DNA of 46,100 bases from Octopus bimaculoides (taxonomy: Eukaryota): assembly GCF_001194135.2 (NCBI RefSeq), contig NC_068987.1:80796524-80842623 (forward strand). Reading direction: 5' to 3'. Both the position numbers and the translations under genes were made by a program. Below, piece by piece: positions 11,015 through 23,194 of this stretch (positions are counted from its first letter, which is position 1; every line of letters begins with the position of its first letter). The notes under the pieces were generated by a model, which searched no databases, had not been told where the DNA came from, and saw nothing but the letters and a program-made list of their open reading frames with translations.

Positions 11015-11517
11015 CTTGACCGCTAAATCCACAAGTTTTTTTAAATTCTCTCTCTGTTTATTTTCTCTTATTTCTTTCTGTTGAAGAGCAGAGGCTTGAA
11101 ACGTAAAAGATTTTCTCACTTTCCCGAGTGGCAAACTAGTACACCTGCTTGTTGTTCATACACCTGTCTTCGTCTTTTTCTGTAAATTTCAACTATATAA
11201 TGTTTATATCGTCTTGGCTTAACAGCCCTCACTGTTTGTTTTTACTGTCTTGTTCTCACTGTCCTGTTCTTGTTAACACTTTCACCCTCCGCAAAAAAGT
11301 CCAAATTTGATTTAATTTGCTTTGTGGGAAGGATTGTTCCAATGACGTCGCGTATTATCTTTGCCTTTGAAATGCAAAGTAGATGGAACTAGGACAACTG
11401 ACGAAGGGATATACTCTTTTTGTTGCATGTCTCGTTTCTCTGTTTGTTTTTTTGTTGTTCGAAAAAAGTTCATTTTCTGTTTTCATTTTTATGTTTTCAT
11501 TTCTCATTGTGTTTAAC
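11015..11517 (+). mobile_element. Penelope pseudo-LTR / retrozyme-like repeat unit(s) carrying the hammerhead-like motif, starting in a (TA)n tract and running into a gap
   Basis: Hammerhead-like motif at 11073, second CTGACGA at 11397, T-rich tail, (TA)n flank; resembles an abundant Octopus repeat as recalled. Confidence 0.45.
11073..11110 (+). ncRNA. Minimal type I hammerhead-like motif with non-canonical core (CUGUUGA plus extra A)
   Basis: TCTTT-CTGTTGA-A-GAGC-agag-GCTT-GAAAC-GTA-AAAGA: stem I TCTTT/AAAGA, stem II GAGC/GCTT, loopless palindromic stem III ACGT, GUA site. Position 6 is U rather than A. Confidence 0.5.
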
Positions 11518-11707
11518 NNNNNNNNNNNNNNNNNNNNNNNNNNNNNNNNNNNNNNNNNNNNNNNNNNNNNNNNNNNNNNNNNNNNNNNNNNNNNNNNNNN
11601 NNNNNNNNNNNNNNNNNNNNNNNNNNNNNNNNNNNNNNNNNNNNNNNNNNNNNNNNNNNNNNNNNNNNNNNNNNNNNNNNNNNNNNNNNNNNNNNNNNNN
11701 NNNNNNN
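11518..11707. other. Assembly gap (others: 18179-18294, 18785-19004, 21817-21826, 31127-31136, 36155-36164, 39650-39659, 41904-42075, 44783-45076)
   Basis: N runs, almost all flanked by microsatellites. Confidence 1.
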
Positions 11708-11900
11708 ATATATATATATATATATGTACATACACACACACATGACAGGCTTCTTTCAATTTCTGTCTTCCAAATTCACCCACATGGTTTTAACCAGCTC
11801 AGAGTGATAGCAGAAGACACTTGCCCAAGGCACCATGTAGTGGGACTGAACCTGAAACCACATGGTCATGAAAGAAACTTTATAACTACACAACCATGTC
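11708..11900 (-). mobile_element. SINE family A, 5' half (remainder probably in the gap)
   Basis: gaagacacttgcccaaggcaccatgtagtgggactgaacc module. Confidence 0.8.
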
Positions 11901-12382
11901 TGTACTCATATATGGATGTTAAAATATCTGTTCAAGCATTAATCCAACAGTTGAAGAACTGTGATTTCGAATCTAGATTTAATGTTATTCAGTAGCTAAT
12001 GGAGCCAAAGTTATGTGCTCTGTTGTCTGGTTTTTAAACAACTTATGGACATCTGCTGTTATTCTAACAGTAGTATACACATGACAATTCAAGTGTAAAG
12101 AAAACTATGTAAACAACATTACAGAATATGAAACAAGAAATTAATTTTTCTTTCTAAAACATACTTAGTGATATGATAACTTTTTAGAATATTAACGTCT
12201 TTAAACTATGAAACATTTCTGTTAATATTTATATTTATGTCTCAATTGGTTTGATACCTTTTTTGTCATTAAATGTTTCGTTCCTGGACATATATATACA
12301 TATACCAAACTAGATTTGAACTAGGAACATTTATTTCCAAACAAAGGAAAGTAAAGTTCTTATCAATTATGTAACCATTGGC

Positions 12383-12590
12383 AAACTGGCAAAATGGTTA
12401 GCATGCTGGGCAAAATGCTTAGTTGCATTTTTGTTTGTCTGTACGTTACGAGTTCAAATTCTGTCAAGGTTGACTTTGCCTTTCATCCTTTCAGGGTTGA
12501 TAAAATAAGTGCCAGTTACACACTGGGGTTGATGTAACTAACTTATCCTTTTCCTCAAAACTGCTGGCCTTGTGCCAAAATTTGAAACAA
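12383..12590 (+). mobile_element. SINE family C
   Basis: Same head and gcctttcatcctttcagggttgataaaataagt core. Confidence 0.8.
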
Positions 12591-12963
12591 ATCATCCAAC
12601 TGATGCTTATACAGGCATTAGTAGTATCATCTGAAAAGTTATATATTTATATTAACAATAACACATCACAGACATTCAAATGCTTAAATACTTCGTATTG
12701 TTAAAGCAGTTTGGGGAATTCAAGCTCTCAAATTTAAGAGAGAGAGAGAGAGAGAGAGAGAGTGTGTGTGTGTGCATATGTGTACACGTGTACATGCATG
12801 TGAATGTGTGCATTGGAAACTGGGGAATTATGATAAAATTTAAGTTGGATGCTGAGATCACATGCTGTTTTGTATTCGCTGTTTCCTCAACAGCAATTCT
12901 AAATATCTTTATGTATACAATTCATTAAGTCTATACAAAATTTATATACATTTATATACAGAA

Positions 12964-12969
12964 TTTATT
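12964..12969 (-). promoter_or_regulatory. Probable polyadenylation signal AATAAA of TCEANC2
   Basis: AATAAA on the minus strand about 180 nt after the stop codon, in U-rich 3' UTR-like sequence. Confidence 0.5.
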
Positions 12970-13149
12970 AATATGTTGCTTGATTTCTTACATAATTTTC
13001 CAATACAAACAATACAGATATTATGTGTTAAATTTTTACAGAAGTAGTACAGATGGGTATAGACTTTATATGTATGAATAATAGACAAGTATGTAAAAGG
13101 AAATTGTTTTGGTCAAATAGTTCAGATGAATGTAGAAACCATTCAATTA

Positions 13150-13350
13150 TCAAACTGTTGGCAATTTTCCAGCAATTTCTTGCACTAATTCACTTGGAGT
13201 TATTGATCTTGATAATAGATTCCTTTGGGTTTCCTTTGACTTCAATGCAAAAACCAACTTTCTGGAAATGTTTTGGTACTGATTATTAACCAGCTTTTTA
13301 CAGTGAGAAAACACACTGGATTCAAGATCACAAACCAATTTAGAGTTACT
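13150..13350 (-). CDS. TCEANC2: TCEANC2 orthologue, terminal coding exon (TFIIS central-domain-like C-terminus)
   Basis: Acceptor ttctttcttactttctaattacAG in phase 0; translation SNSKLVCDLESSVFSHCKKLVNNQYQNISRKLVFALKSKETQRNLLSRSITPSELVQEIAGKLPTV*. Matches the recalled human C-terminus [34 protein letters not shown]...GTFVQ. Phase matches the 27145 donor. Confidence 0.88.
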   Translation of the reverse strand, partial: SNSKLVCDLESSVFSHCKKLVNNQYQNISRKLVFALKSKETQRNLLSRSITPSELVQEIAGKLPTV

Positions 13351-13714
13351 CTGTAATTAGAAAGTAAGAAAGAATAATTTTTTAAAAATGTAAAATGATA
13401 TTAAAAATATTCTGTGACACCACCACCAGCTCCACCATCACCATCAATGTCATTTATTCTCATCTGTCAATTCCAAAACCACATTAAATTTTCACAAAAC
13501 TATTATATGCATACATAACAGAAAAAAAAAAAGCTCTTAATTAAGAACTTGAAAGTATTCAAAACATCTTTAAATTACTGAAGTTTAAAATAATTCACAA
13601 TGTTGCTATAACTTTCATATATATATATATATATATATATAAATGTATAATACATATACATAATTACAGTCATGTGTGTGTGTGTGTATAGACATGGATG
13701 AAATTATTGCAACA

Positions 13715-16070
13715 CACTTTAGGAAACCAGCCAACCATCTCATTACCTACCAATCTGGCGAATACACAAGTCAGATTATTTTCTCATCAGAAAAAGGAAC
13801 AGAAAAGCTATAGTAAATACGCAAACCTTTCCAGCTGAAGAATGCACCACACAAAATAGATTAGTGACTAGTGACTTCAGAGTCAGATTTGTGTAGATAC
13901 AGAAACAAAAAACAACATGGAAATGGAAGATATGGAGACTAAAAGATCATGAAATTGTGAAGAGATTTAAAGAAATTCTAATTGATGTGTATGACTGTAG
14001 TGAGAATAGATACCTATAACACAGATGACAATTGGGAAGTTCTATGAAATAATCTGTGTAACCCTTTTGTTACCATATTTCTGCTGAGATGCTCAGTGTT
14101 TCTTTCAGTTAATTTTAAATATAACAAAAAATTTAGTAAAATAACTATGTAATCATTAAGCTAGTGTTAGGAACATAAATTGTGTCTAAAGTTTGGTGGA
14201 ATATTTTTTTAATTCAGAACTTATGAGAACAAGACATCTGTACTACAGAACCAGAGGTGGTTTCGGCCAGGTTGGTATCAAACGGATTAAGGCTGAAGAA
14301 CAGGTGTATGGCTGGAGCAAAGTCCAAGCCAAGCTGAAAGCAAAATGGTGGTAGAATGATATTGCTAATAGAAAGGGTTAAGAGACTGGCTTGGAAAAAC
14401 TGGAAGGTAAGTAGTTATAGGGAGTGTTACCAAATGACTAGAAGGGCAACTAGGCAACAGCTATATTTGGCTGAGGGTGAGGCAGAAAAGAAGAGATTTG
14501 CACATGCTCTGCAGTGTGAGGATCAGGAATGTGAGGTGTTCAGGATTGTGAAAGAATGTGTGAGAGAGAAACAAGATGTCATTGGTAAGAAGTGTGTTCG
14601 GAATGATGAAGGCATACTTGCCATTGATATAGAAGAGAAAATATTGCAAAGAAGAGCTATAATGAGAAGCTGCTGAATGTGAAGAACACACAAGATAAAC
14701 AGGGACTATCTCATGCTCACCCTGCTGAATGAGCAGCAATTCAAGTAGATAAAGCAGTGAAGGAGATAAAGAAAGAGAAAGCTGAAGCTCTATCAAGGAC
14801 AGTTGTAGAGATGCTCAAAATATCCAGTGAGGTAAGGCATGTGATTACGATCTGGATAGTAAATCACATTATAAAAGAAGGAGTTATATTCAAAAGCTGG
14901 CAAAGCAGTATCATTGCCACAGAAGCCTTAGAGAGGTGCATCTATCAAGGAATCAAACTACTGGATCAGATTATGAAGGTTACAGAGAGAGAGTCATAAC
15001 ACAATTGACTCAGATCAGATACAGCTTGGATGCATGCCTGGAAGTACTATGGATGCAATCTTCCTAGTGAGGCAACCACATGATAAATACTTGACAAAGA
15101 GTAAAACATTATTTATTATTCCTGGCATTTGTCAACTCGGAGAAGATATTTGACAAGGTACCACAAACACTAATCTGGTGGCTGCTAAGGAAACTAGGAG
15201 TAGATGAAGAGCTTGTGAGAGTGATGCAAGCTATGTACAATGATGCAGTAAGTAAAGTGAGAGTCGGCAATAAATTTAGCATGAAAGTAAGAGTCCATCA
15301 AGGTCTCATCCTCAGTCTTCTCCCATTCATCAAAGTCCTACAAGTCATATTAGAGGAGTTTAAGACTGGTTGTCATCAGGAACTCCTATACACTGATGTT
15401 CTAGTTATCATGGCTGAATTTATAGGCAAATTTGAGAGGAAATTCCAGGCATGAAAGCTAAACCAAGGATCAGGGATCAATCAGGCTTAAAGTAGACTTA
15501 GCAAAGATAAAGGATTTTGTAAGTAGGAAATAAGATAGAATCCTGGTACCTCCAGGGAAATAGCTCTGCTTGAAATGCATTAAAGGAGTTGGTATAAACT
15601 CCAAATACAGTACTCAAGTAAGTTATGGACATACAAGAGATGTATCGGAATTACAGGCAGGTTAGCCTCTTATGTGATTAGATGCACAGGAGCAGCGTGT
15701 ATTATGAGCATACCAGAAACAAATTCTCTTAAATACCTGGATAGCTCACTAAAAGTAATTGATAGCTTTTGTTGCCAAGTAGATGCAATTAGCAAAGGGG
15801 TGGTTGCTCTGCAAATATATTGGCCAGAGCAAATACAGATTGGAGAAAGTTCAGAGAGCTAATGCTGCTGTTGGCAACAAAGAAATTTTTCCCTTTGGAG
15901 TGAAGGGCAGATTGTATGACACTTGTGGTAGAACTTCAATACTGTATGATAGTGAGACATGAGTCTTGAATGCAGAGGATTTGAGAAGACTGGAAAGAAA
16001 TGAAGCAAGCATGCTCTGTTGTGGATATGCAATTTAAATGTGTATGAATGACAAACAAATGAAAAAGGGT
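13715..16070 (+). mobile_element. Degenerate RTE-clade LINE (end of APE domain, RT, C-terminus) with multiple stops and frameshifts, interrupted by a MITE
   Basis: ITYQSGEYTSQI.YF (APE end); LAFVNSEKIFDKVP; VHQGLILSLLPF; ELLYTDVLV (YADD decayed); LYDSETWVLNAEDLRRLERNEASML-like C-terminus. Confidence 0.9.
14058..14290. mobile_element. piggyBac-type MITE (TTAA target, CCCTTT termini) inserted in the RTE LINE
   Basis: Ends gtaacccttttgttacc ... ggtatcaaacggattaa; the LINE reading frame resumes across the insertion. Confidence 0.75.
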
Positions 16071-16199
16071 CCAAATATTTTTTTGACCATTAGGCGTTCA
16101 GATTAGCAGTCACATATTAATTTGATTTCCTGTAGGTTATACCATCTAATTCTTTTTATTAACCGTTAGGCTTCTATGTCAGTCATGTGTTGATTTTTT

Positions 16200-17710
16200 T
16201 GAGGCCTGTGTTGTTTACATGTTTATTTTAGCCTTGTTCTGCAATATGAGTAAGGCTTTCATGATTTGTCTTCTATTTTTGTATTTTATAGAAAATATAT
16301 TATTCACTAGTATTTTTCTATCTAACATTGCATTGTGGTGTGTGATATAGTGTGTTGTGATTGATCCTTGTAAATACACAGTAAGCATATGAGACAGTGC
16401 TGTATTTATATGGCCTATATAACAACAGGGGTCCTGAAGTTTAGAACTTTCAGTTTTACAATCAAATTTATAGATCACATTGGTCATTAGCAGCTTGTTC
16501 TCATGTTTACATGATTGAAGTGTATTATTGATAAGGAGGTTTTGATTTTAGTGATTTTTGTAGTATACTATTAATTTCAGTTTACAATTAGACACATTTT
16601 GCTTTTCATTTTATGAGGTTTCTCATTATGTATTTGTCTGTTCAATAGTGGTTATGCATATAATAAATGTTATGCGTAACTTGTGTATTTTTACTGAATG
16701 TGCCCACTGGTGTATTTTTTGTATTGCATTTGTGTCAGTATTCTGTTGTAACTAGGTCTGTTGGTCTGCTGGAATATTTGTTTCTAACTAATGTTTTATT
16801 CTGTGAAATTCTTCCCCTTTCTTGTGGACAAGAATTTAAATTCTCTTCTGAGTAGTGATTTTACCACTGACATCTTACAGTTGTTTGAGTTTTCACTGAC
16901 TTCATGTGGATGCATGTGAAGGCGTGTGGCTTAGTGGTTAGGACATTCGGCTCGCAATTGTAAGGTCGTGAGTTCAATTCCCAGTGCCGCGTTGTGTCCT
17001 TGAGCAAGACACTTTATTTCATGTTGCTTCAGTTCACTCAGCTGGCAAAAATGAGTACCCGTATTTTAAAGGGCCACCCTTGTCACACTCTATGTCATGC
17101 TGAATCTCCCTGACAACTACGTTAAGAGTACACGTGTCTGTGGAGTGCTCAGCCACTTGCACGTAAATTTCACGAGCAGGCTGTTCCGTTGACCGTATCA
17201 GCTGGGACCCTCGTCGTCATAACCAACGGAGTGCTCCTCCTGTCCTGTTGGTGCTTGCATTTGTTTGATTCTTTTGATATACTGAAGTCCTGGATCTTTT
17301 CTGTGATCTTTATATTTACACCTAAAAAGCAGGGTCTCATTTGTATAATTCAGGATGTTAAATTTTCTCAAAGTCTTCTTTTAGTTTCTCAATCACATTC
17401 TCTGCTGTGCATAGGTAGAGTGCTGCAAACATAAGTTCTAAGGAAGACTTCATGGCTACTCCATCTATTTGTTTGTACACTGGGCAGAAATCTTCTTCAA
17501 TGAGTGGAAAGTAAGGAAAAGCCATTTATCACTGTAATTAATTTAATTTTACTTTTTGTTGTTAGGTGTTATGTTTCTGAATTTTAAAGAATTTGCTTTT
17601 GTCTCTGAGTAAATTATTGATTTTTGTATTATACCTGTTTCAATCCATGACTACAGACATATTACTGTTGTCATCCATACAAATTTCTATGTTGTCATTT
17701 TTTAAGCCAT
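16200..17710 (-). mobile_element. Degenerate Penelope-like element (RT plus GIY-YIG endonuclease)
   Basis: ORF 16215-16487 TNVIYKFDCKTESSKLQDPCCYIGHINTALSHMLTVYLQGSITTHYITHH...MKALLI is a GIY-YIG with Cys/His finger. YKQIDGVAMKSSL at about 17420-17480 corresponds to the PLE RT motif QxxGvaMGSpl. Split by a SINE at 16915-17232. Confidence 0.8.
16915..17232 (+). mobile_element. SINE family D (tRNA-derived), full length, inserted in the Penelope-like element
   Basis: A box TGGCTTAGTGG, B box GAGTTCAATTCC, then gtgtccttgagcaagacactt body. Confidence 0.85.
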
Positions 17711-17726
17711 ACTCTTTTTTTTTAAT

Positions 17727-18111
17727 ACTCTTTTTACTTGTTTCAGTTATTTGACTGTGGCCATGCTGGAGCACCACCTTTAGTCGAGCAAATCGACCCC
17801 AGGACTTATTCTTTGTAAGTCTAGTACTTATTCTATTGGTCTCTTTTGCAGAAACGCTAAGTTACAGGGACGTAAACACACCAGCATCGGTTGTCAAGCG
17901 ATGTTAGGGGGGACAAACACATACACACAAACACACACACATATATATATATACATATACATATATACAACCGGCTTCTTTCAGTTCCTGTCTACCAAAT
18001 CCATTCACAAAGCTTTGGTCGCCCCGAGGCTATAGTAGACGATACTTGCCCAAGGTGCCATGCAGTGGAACCATGTGGTTGGTAAGCAAGCTACTTACCA
18101 CACAGCCACTG
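17727..18111 (-). mobile_element. SINE family A, full length
   Basis: All modules present. Confidence 0.9.
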
Positions 18112-18294
18112 TACTTTTTAAAATTTATTATTTTGTGAGACCATTTTTATTACATTCACCACAACATATACAAATATANNNNNNNNNNNNNNNNNNNNNN
18201 NNNNNNNNNNNNNNNNNNNNNNNNNNNNNNNNNNNNNNNNNNNNNNNNNNNNNNNNNNNNNNNNNNNNNNNNNNNNNNNNNNNNNNNNNNNNNN

Positions 18295-18347
<53 letters not shown>

Positions 18348-19272
18348 TACACATATATATATACACATGCATATGTGTGTGTGCATGTATATTTAGTAAT
18401 TAGACTCATATGAGCCTCACAAGGTATGTCTTAATTCGTTAATTGAGACATTTCTTTTACAGAGAGTGCTCTAGAACTAATTAAAAATCAGTAGTGACTA
18501 TGATCAATGGAAACATGAAATAGATAAATAGAAAAGAATTCAAATATACCTAAAACGAAAATGAACTCATATTCAGCTAATGGCAACCATCTGAGGCATC
18601 TAACTATTTCTGTGTTAAGTGACTTCTTCAGCCAGTGTAGATAAAAAGCAGGTTCCTGTGAAGCCTTGCTGTAAATATTACTCAACAGCCATAACTGGTT
18701 TTAATATAAAGCAACCGAAGCATACAAGAAGAATGAAGCGAGAATATTTATATACAGTCCCCTCCACCAAAAAAAAAAAAAAAANNNNNNNNNNNNNNNN
18801 NNNNNNNNNNNNNNNNNNNNNNNNNNNNNNNNNNNNNNNNNNNNNNNNNNNNNNNNNNNNNNNNNNNNNNNNNNNNNNNNNNNNNNNNNNNNNNNNNNNN
18901 NNNNNNNNNNNNNNNNNNNNNNNNNNNNNNNNNNNNNNNNNNNNNNNNNNNNNNNNNNNNNNNNNNNNNNNNNNNNNNNNNNNNNNNNNNNNNNNNNNNN
19001 NNNNAATGAAAAATATAATTGGAGCTTTGGATTCCAGTGAAGCAGTAACTTTTAACTGTACAAACTCTGCTGATATTCTTTTTGTCTTTTATGCTTTACC
19101 TGTTTTAGTCTCTGGACTGGGGCCATACTGGGCTACCACCTTGGAAGGTTTTAGTCAGAGAAACTTATGCTTTTAAGTCTGGGGCTCATTCTATCAGTGT
19201 CTATTGCTGCTAGCAATAGGATTGTGTTGTTTCTCAGAAGATAGAAAGTATTGCGTCCTTTATAAAGAGAAT

Positions 19273-19314
<42 letters not shown>

Positions 19315-19491
19315 AGTGAGAGAAAGAGTGTGTGTGTGTGTGTGTGAGAGAGATAGAGAGAGAGAGATAGAGAGAGAGAGAGAATGATGTGCAAGTTTAA
19401 GGTTCAAATACAATGTGTGTGTGTGTGTGTATAAAGTAAACAAAAATGCTATTTAAAATTTACGGCAACTGTTTTGGTAGAATTTATTTAG

Positions 19492-19797
19492 GATTTTCGA
19501 GCGAGATCATTGCCAGTGCCCCTGGACTGGCTCTTGTGTGGGTGGCACATAAAATACACCATTTTGAGTGTGGCCATTGCCAGTACCGCCTGACTGGCCT
19601 TCGTGCAGGTGACACGTAAAAGCACCCACTACATGCTTGGAGTGGTTGGCGTTAGGAAGGGCATCCAGCTGTAGAAATTCTGCCAAATCAGATTGGAGCC
19701 TGGTGTTGCCATCCGGTTTCACCAGTCCTCAATCAAATCGTCCAACCCATGCTAGTATGGAAAGCGGACGTTAAACGATGATGATGATGATGATGAA
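19492..19797 (+). mobile_element. RTE 3' UTR fragment (VNTR units plus GAT tail)
   Basis: gagtggttggcgttaggaagggcatccagctgtagaa...gcggacgttaaacgatgatgatgatg, shared with the 25480 and 31350 copies. Confidence 0.85.
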
Positions 19798-20967
19798 TGC
19801 AGTCCTAAAAGATTATATTATAATTTATAATCCAATGTCATCAGGTAAAATTTTAGAAAGGTAAGATTTGTGAGAGAGAGAGAGAGAGAGAGAGAGTCTA
19901 ACCCATGCAAGGATGTAAAAATGGATATGTAAATGAATAAACATGCACACCAGACATAGAAGAATTAGCTCATGTTACAATTAGTTGTAAAATCACATAA
20001 TAGTACAAAAGATACCGGAGTTCATTTCATCAGACTCCAAGAGACCCGACTCTATTCTTAGTGAGCCTCTCCATTAGATAAATGTTGCTTGATTACAATT
20101 ATTTGTCTGCTTTGAAAATCTGTTTTTATATGCTAGTAAAGACTGGACAGTGAGGTAGAATTTTAAGGCTAGATGCACCTCTTGTCAACAACCCTTATCT
20201 ATTTTTCAAGTAAGGGAGGTTTTCTTCTAGAAATCTTTGAAAGTACAGAGCAACCAGTCATAATACCAACAAGGTATGTCACTGTTATGAGCATTTCACT
20301 CATGCTGTGACAAGCATGAAATGTTAACATTCACATACACACATAATGAGCTTCCTGCAGTTTCCTTCGCGTAAATTCACTCAGAAGACATTGGTAAGCT
20401 AAGGACTGTGGTGAAAGATACTTGCCACAGGATCTATGCTATAGGATAAAACTTGAAACTAATTAATCATACAGCTCTCATTAATGAAGCATAGTTTAAC
20501 AGTTGCTTCAGATCTTAGAATAACTAGAGGAATATACAGGTTTTTCTATAAATGAACACTAATTAGCATAATAACTTAAAAGAAAGAGTAGGAAAAATTT
20601 ACTCAGGAACACTTGATTAATAATTTAAAATTTCTTAATAGTGCAGGCATGGCTGCATGGTTAAGAACCTTGCTTCCCAATCATGAGGTCTTGAGTTTAG
20701 TCCCACTTCACAGTACCTTGTGTGTTTTCTACAATCAGCCCAAGCCAACCAAAGCATTGTGAGTGGATTTGGTAGATGGAAACTGAGAGAAACCTACATA
20801 TTACATATATATATGTATATAAATTTAAATAGAGGTTTAAAAGCCACTTCAAGAGATAGAAAATGCCCAATGAATTCCTGGTTTGTTACACATTATTTTG
20901 TTGTGAATAGTAATATCCCTAAAATAATAGGTTTAAATATAAATCTTGGGTTATTAATATTCAAATT

Positions 20968-21116
20968 AAAATTCAGAAAGTGGAGAAGTAGTGTTAATAT
21001 AATTTATTAACTGCAAAATTCAACATGTTCACTTACAGCTGTTTCGATTTTGAACATGTTGAAATTTTAGCTGTTAATAAATTATATTAACACTACTTCT
21101 CCATTTTCTGGATTTT
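20968..21116. repeat. Long near-perfect hairpin (about 65-bp arms, 19-nt loop) with a hammerhead 3' half in the loop
   Basis: Arms 20968-21031 and 21051-21116 are reverse complements with few mismatches; the loop on the minus strand reads CGAAAC-AGCT-GTA; (TA)n follows at 21139. Confidence 0.8.
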
Positions 21117-21137
21117 GATTTCTATGTGTTTCTGTGC

Positions 21138-21194
<57 letters not shown>

Positions 21195-21370
21195 CATACT
21201 CACATGATATTATTCAGTTGTATTTCAAGATTTCTGGCCAATAGAGAAACAGCTGGTTTCTAACCTAGAGCTAAGACTCCTTCATTGGCATTTCAACAAC
21301 ATCAACACGGTAGTTGTGCATGTTTGTGAATATGTGTGCAATATTTAAAGTCAGTGCATGTGTAGAGTCA

Positions 21371-21401
<31 letters not shown>

Positions 21402-22929
21402 GTGCATGTATGTGTGTGTGTGTGTATGCATGTATGTGTTTGTAACTAGATATCATGTGATGGTTGAAAATCATCACATCCACCATCACCATCATCATCA
21501 TCATCATGCAAGTGAGGCTGTTCATTTTCAGTTTCTGATGAAAACATATCTGACTAACAGGTGATAGTTAGCAACAGCAAGGGCATCCAGCTGTAAAAAT
21601 TTGAACCTCAACAAATTCTGGCCAACCCATGAAAGCATGGAAAAACTGGAATTTAAATTATGATGCTGATGATGATGACTTACTACATCAAGTATGTTAG
21701 CATCCATTGTGTTATCAACATTTCCTGCAGCAGGCGTACCTTGGCAATAACAATTTTCTTCACTCATTCTCTTATATATATATATATAAATATATATAAA
21801 TATATATATATATATANNNNNNNNNNATGTATATATAAAAGTATATATGTTCATGCACATGTGTATGTGTGTGGGTGTGTGTGCATAGACCAATTATAAA
21901 TTCTTTGCTCTGTTTACTGTGAAATGGGAGGTAACTTCCTAAAGAGGTGTAATTAAATGGGCAAACTCAGCTATTCAACAAACAGAAATCAATAAAATGA
22001 ATTACAACTTAAGAACCGAGGGAGGAGGGGTAATTGTATTAAAAAAAAAAACCCTAGAAGGTGTTACCCCAGCATTGCCGCAGTCCAATGACTGAAACCA
22101 GAAGAAAAAAACAGAGAAAAAAGAAAATAGCAAAAAGGAACTAATATGAGAGAAATATCAGTTTTCTTCCAATAACTACAGCAAAAATTCAACTTACCTT
22201 ACAGTATATATATATATCAATGAAAAATACAATAAAAATCAGATATAAAAATACATTTTATCTTTATCTATTCTTAGTGTCATTTCAATGTTCTAGTTTG
22301 CAATCAGATAAAATTTTAGTCAATTTTTAGCTGGAAGCACAAAAAAAACAAAAAAAAACAAAAAAAAAAAACAAAAAAACAAAAAGAAAGTATCTCATTC
22401 TTTTATGATTCCTCTTAAATAATATTTTTCTGAACAATCAGTTTATGTAATCTTAATTTACCTTACATTAACTGCAATTTTATTGCATTTTTTTTTTCCA
22501 CACGACATATTTCATTGTCTAAATACTGTTCTTTGGTTATTAGATATTCTTTAGTTCCAAAGTGGTTGGAAGTGATAGTGATAGTAGTAGTGGCTGTAAC
22601 TTGCCATCATCACATTGTTGTCACTACTAATACTACTACTACCACTGCTGCCGCTGCCACAACCAACGCCACTATCATCACCATCAGCATCAATGTAATT
22701 AGCCTAGCAGTTTCAAACCAGTGATGGAGCCTCAATGTAGCTTCTTGACCTGCTAGAAATAACATCTAAATCTCTTTCAAATCTCACTTTATCATCTCGA
22801 AAAGAAAGACACATGGGATAATGTAGCCCTTCTTAGTCAGGTATTTTCAAGTAAATGTGTGTAAAGTAATTAAATGTGTTCAAAATAAATTTCACATATT
22901 CTAACCTAAAAATATAATATCAACACATT

Positions 22930-23100
22930 ATCACATTTAGTGCCCACTTTCTCATGCTTGTATGGTTCAGAGGGAGTTTTATGAGGCAGGGTTTCTACAG
23001 TTGGATGCTCTTCCTGTCTCCGACCCTTTCCTGTTTCAAAGCAAGGTAAAATTGCCCCATGGCTAGACATGGTTTTGCAGAATATTTTAAATGAATGGCG
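22930..23100 (-). repeat. Interspersed repeat family F (RTE-like tail); another copy at 40300-40470
   Basis: ggatg..cttcctgt..cc.accc..cctgtttcaaagcaaggtaaaatt.ccccatggc.a.aca.gtttt shared between copies. Confidence 0.6.
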
Positions 23101-23194
23101 TTCATTATCCAAACATCACACAATGACAAGATAAGCAGACACAAACACATGCACACACACACACATATATATGTAAAGATTTATTTATATAAAC

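Noticed and set aside
11397-11475. CTGACGA followed distantly by TTCGAAA, a possible second hammerhead
   Set aside because: Stems I-III cannot be closed convincingly in this copy.
16918-16992. tRNA-like sequence with A and B boxes
   Set aside because: It is the head of a SINE-D copy, continuing into the SINE body; no proper acceptor stem.
18488-18685. Minus-strand ORF KASQEPAFYLHWLKKSL...
   Set aside because: No recognisable homology or consistent splice signals.
20231-20273. Plus-strand AG/GT-bounded 43-nt segment (EIFESTEQPVIIPT)
   Set aside because: Phase incompatible with the other plus-strand candidates and no homology; likely chance.
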